The notes under the pieces were generated by a model that did not search any database, had not been told where the DNA came from, and saw only the letters and a list, made by a program, of their open reading frames with translations. Positions 60,013 to 64,000 of a DNA stretch of 64,000 nt are shown here, piece by piece; within the stretch, counting starts at the first letter, position 1; each line of letters starts with the position of its first letter. The position numbers and the translations under genes were made by a program. Origin of the DNA: Tubulanus polymorphus (Eukaryota; Animalia; Nemertea); NCBI RefSeq assembly GCF_964204645.1, contig NC_134030.1:13182957-13246956 (forward strand), written 5' to 3'.

Positions 60013-61989
60013 GGCCACATAGATTAGATCATACGAATCCGGAATCGCCACTGTTCCGGGAATGGAGGCTGTATCATCGGGTACGCCCTCCCGAAAATCG
60101 TTGTGGAAGAATAATCGGTAAAAGGCTCCACAGGTTAGAGGTACTGAAAGTTGAGGAAGAAAACTCTGCCTGACAAAAGATGACGACTATTTCTAAGTGA
60201 CGAGCGACGAGACATTTCTTAATGGATAAATTTTGATTCGAAATAATTGAATGATTATTTTGAAGCTTATGATTGATTGAGATCGTTTCATTTTTTTCGC
60301 GGTCACATTTTTAATTTAGCAATGGAGTAACGTAAACACAGGTCGCTTGGATGGAACCATTTCCTTATTTCGCCTACTGATGACAATAACAATAACAGAT
60401 AATTCAACATTCCGCTGCCAATTCTATCGCTGAAATGAGAATGGATTTTTTTTAATGGCTAACACACACTATGGCTTGTTTCCTTAACCCATGACAATTG
60501 AGTATTAAACGCGTTCTTAACAGGTATTTAATGAAATCACTTACTGGAAATGTGGATACCCGGTGTTGGTAAATGATACGATTGTTGGAAAGGCCGATGC
60601 AGCCGACGTAGATTCGTTGAGCAGAAAATGCAAATAAAATAAGATGTAAATGCATACCGGTAGACACTATTTTGGTTGTTAAATTGATTAAATTAATTGT
60701 GGAAAACTATGCTATTATTGTGTTCTAAAAAATCTCTTGCTAGGGAAATGGAATGATATTCAAACGAAATACGGTTAGAAATACGTACTATGCTTTCGGT
60801 ACATGGAAATTCTTGATTAGTATAATGGGGATATTTTAAATGAGTTAATGATTTTTATATTGGATAGTTGAAAGAAAACAAATTGTTTGCCGTGATTACT
60901 TGTGCTATGTTTTGAGTTGTAGGTTTAGTATCTGCTATAGGTAATAGAGAGCTTTTGGCTTACCGTTATCCATAGTTCCTCCGTTACGCATGTTGGTGAA
61001 CATATTTCCTCCGTGACGAATGTTGGTGAAAAATGACGATGCGCTCTTATATCCGTTCTCCGAAGAAATGTTCGAACATGTTTCGCGACGTTCTTTTTAA
61101 ACTCGCGCCGGATGGACTTTGGGAAGATCATGATTCGCTATTGTTCGGAAATAGTATGCGACACTGTTTCTAGGGACATACGCGTGTCAACTCATGTTTA
61201 TTGCTCATTTCTTCGCACGTTTACACTCAAAATTTCCGCAAATACAATGTACGTATAGACTCTATCGTTACCAATCCATTAACTCTGCACTTTTATGAAG
61301 GTTCCCAGTCCACATGCTGGTCAAGAAGACGATGACTGATGTAAATTCCCGACACCTGACAGTTAATGGCTGGTGCGGCCGCCTAACCGAAAAGTACGCC
61401 TATTGATCGCCACGTCAGGTTGATTGTGGAAGTGCAATGCGGTGATGGACATTCACAATGTATTGTTCGTGATGAACTGTTGTTTTGCAGAAAAATATGG
61501 AAGCGATTCGTGTTCAACAAAAGAAGTATTTCGTAGTGCCGATGCGGTGGTAACTCGTACGAACTCTTTTTCGTAATTTTGCGGACTTTGATGTTTACCG
61601 TTGTGTTGTTTGTGGTCAATGTGTGTCGTTGATAGCGTTTCGAATTAATCGCGGATACGTTTGCGTTTCTGACTCTAATGGTTTGTCGGTTTTCGTTGAT
61701 TGCGCGCTTGTGACTCTATTTGTCTATCAAAACAATGATTATTTGCTATATTCTAATTGTTTGCGATTTGTTTCAATAACCCACGTTTTCGATTTGTCTA
61801 TGTATGAATATGTTGCTTGTTGCTGTGTTTATTGTGATTATTTTATTGTCATGTACGTTATCGTCGACACCTTGGTTTATTATTACTGTATTGAGTCTCG
61901 CTTCAGATTTAAAATCATAACATTGTTACTCCACGCTTGCTGAACTTTTGGTGACAAAGTGGGACACTTTGAATTTGGGTTGGAGGTAC

Positions 61990-62753
61990 TGTTATGATAG
62001 CCAATTTTTATATTTATAAAACATGCATAGATCAATAGCAGTTGTATGTTCATAATGCATACAACTCTATTCACTAGGAAATCCAGAACGGGCATGTTTT
62101 ACTAATGGGTTTTTCAATGTATATTTGTTATTGTTTACTAGGAATTCATAAACGGGCAAGTTTTGGCTTTACGATCAGTTAATGTTATTTGCCTTTGTTA
62201 CTGGTTCAGTTTATGTCTCGGATTAATAAGAAATATTTTGGAGTTAGTTTTCAAGACAATAGTAATAATCCTAAGGGATTAGTCAAGTGTCAACGTCTAC
62301 ATGTTTGGAAACTGAGACAGCTCCGGGCTTGTTTCTTAACCAGGTTGCTAAGAACATTAATTCTTGGGGGCCTGGTGGGCGAATCAGGTCCCGAGGTTAG
62401 TCGTCGGCCCTCCCCAAATGCGGTGGCGTTGGTCACATAGTTCATTGGAAACCAAATTTTGGATATTCTAAAAATAAGAGACATAGCTGAACTAGTCGGA
62501 GAGCACCTGGGAAACCAAGAGGGGAAGGACCACCGTAAGAAACTAGAAACAGAAATTGTAAAAGGTGTCGATACATAGGAAAGACGAAACTGATATAATA
62601 AATAGTTGTGTGTATTTAGAATTCGAAGTATATACATCCTAGTCGTTTATTTATTTTTGGTCTCGGGTCAAATTCAATTTGCGTCGTTGTGCGGAGCTGA
62701 GGAAGGATACGCTCTCCCACGATATTTCGGTTCCTTCTTCGGGCCGCATAACA
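61990..62753 (+). repeat. 3' LTR of element B
   Basis: Direct repeat followed by the TSD CTAT. Confidence 0.95.
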
Positions 62754-63638
62754 CTATAATGCCGAGTACGACGGGGTTTACACACTGAAAAATGTTGGGC
62801 TGTGTAAGTGTAATTTGGATAAGTCAGCAATATAATGACGTCCCTGCCCCGCGTGCTCCATCTGATACATAAACAAGTTGGACTGTGTTGCTTCAATGCT
62901 TTGACAAATGGACTCCTAATATCCACATATCCAGCATAATGTTGACCCAGGTTGCGCTTCCTGGCAATAGTCATATGTTATGGGCTAGAATTATTTCGAT
63001 GAAATCTTCGTACGCTTCCCAGTTCGACATATGAACCAATTAGGCAGAAACCCGTTAGCATTTATTGAGTACAGGTGGCTTAATTCAGTTTCAAAGCTGA
63101 ATCACATCAAAAACATGGTATAAATGCATATACACATAAGTGCCATATGCCAACGGGTAGGCCTACGATTAGTTCATGCAACTCCCAACGGAACTATGAA
63201 AGCGCCAAACAATTAAGGTAAAACAGTACTTTTTACGTGGTAGGGTCATTCTACAGTAACACATGAAAATGACAGTTGCACTTGTTGATTTTTCAAGTTA
63301 AATATTCTCATTAAGTACTTAATAAAATTGAAACTAGTGATGACCAGCATCATTGAAATGATATTTGGCGCAATGTTTTGAATAGCCGGTGCCCACTATG
63401 ACGTCACCAATTAATGACGTCACGATGAAAGGTCATCTGCGTCACGACCTTTTATGTTACTGGTGAAACACTTTAAATTCAGAATCGTGTAACAAATCTT
63501 AAAATTCATCATGTTACACGTAAGTTTAAAAGAAGTGCTATGTAACTGGTGGATTTTGGCCAATGGGCTTGAGTTTCAACAGGTTTTTTAGATGTCTTAC
63601 AAAATAATACATGTTCTGGAGTCCAAAATACAACATTT

Positions 63639-63751
63639 CATATGAATTTGCAAAACGACCAATAATCCATTAAATCCAATTCATCATTCAAAGTCATATG
63701 AATTTGCAAAACGGCCAATAATCCATCAAATCCAATTCATCATTCAAAGTC
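63639..63751. repeat. ~55-bp tandem duplication
   Basis: CATATGAATTTGCAAAACG...CATCATTCAAAGTC occurs twice. Confidence 0.8.
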
Positions 63752-64000
63752 TTTTCATTAGCACATATTTCGACTAACCACCGTGAATGGTTGTTGTACT
63801 TTTATTGCAACAATTATTTTTATGAAAACATCGATAGTGACGCAGATGATTTGATGTGACGTAAATGATCAGTTCGTGACGTAGATGACTGAATATTCAA
63901 CTTCAGATTGTTTGCCGAATCCCTGACTCAAGATAAACTAGAGAAAAAGCATCATTTAACAGTAAAAACGAGTTTTAATCTATGATAACACAATACAACA

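Larger units (their letters stand above)
56239..62753 (+). mobile_element. Non-autonomous Gypsy-type LTR element B (gag and protease, no RT or integrase)
   Basis: LTRs 56239-57004 and 61990-62753 (TGTTATG...CATAACA), TSD CTAT, PBS TGGTGCCGAAACCCGGGA at 57009-57026. Confidence 0.95.

Overview
AT-rich eukaryotic window, probably from an invertebrate animal, made almost entirely of nested mobile elements. No host gene could be supported. The centrepiece is a complete 16.1-kb endogenous Polinton/Maverick (adintovirus-like) element at 9236-25326, with AGT...ACT termini, ~85-bp TIRs and a perfect 6-bp TSD (CGTCCC). It encodes a protein-primed PolB, minor and major capsid proteins, a chromodomain integrase, an A32-like ATPase and several membrane proteins, many of them now disrupted. 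Three unusual features sit inside it: (1) a LAGLIDADG-type intein in the YxD/TD catalytic motif of PolB (12052-12952), resembling giant-virus PolB inteins; (2) a poxvirus VLTF3/A2-like late transcription factor gene, with TAAATG (the poxvirus late initiator) at the start of almost every ORF; (3) a ~340-nt highly base-paired, G-U-rich RNA-like structure with two hairpins carrying self-complementary GGCGCC loops, in a cassette bounded by 35-bp direct repeats. Together these suggest (inference) a Polinton-like virus that used the cytoplasmic transcription machinery of a large DNA virus. Also present: an internally deleted sister Polinton (1961-4897) inside a Bel/Pao retrotransposon; a third capsid fragment (53752-54275); two copies of a ~6-kb long-TIR foldback element; two LINE remnants; Penelope-like fragments; and two young non-autonomous Gypsy elements with tRNA-Phe primer sites. 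One of these Gypsy elements carries an array of antisense tRNA T-arm/B-box hairpins and an acidic ORF in place of pol.
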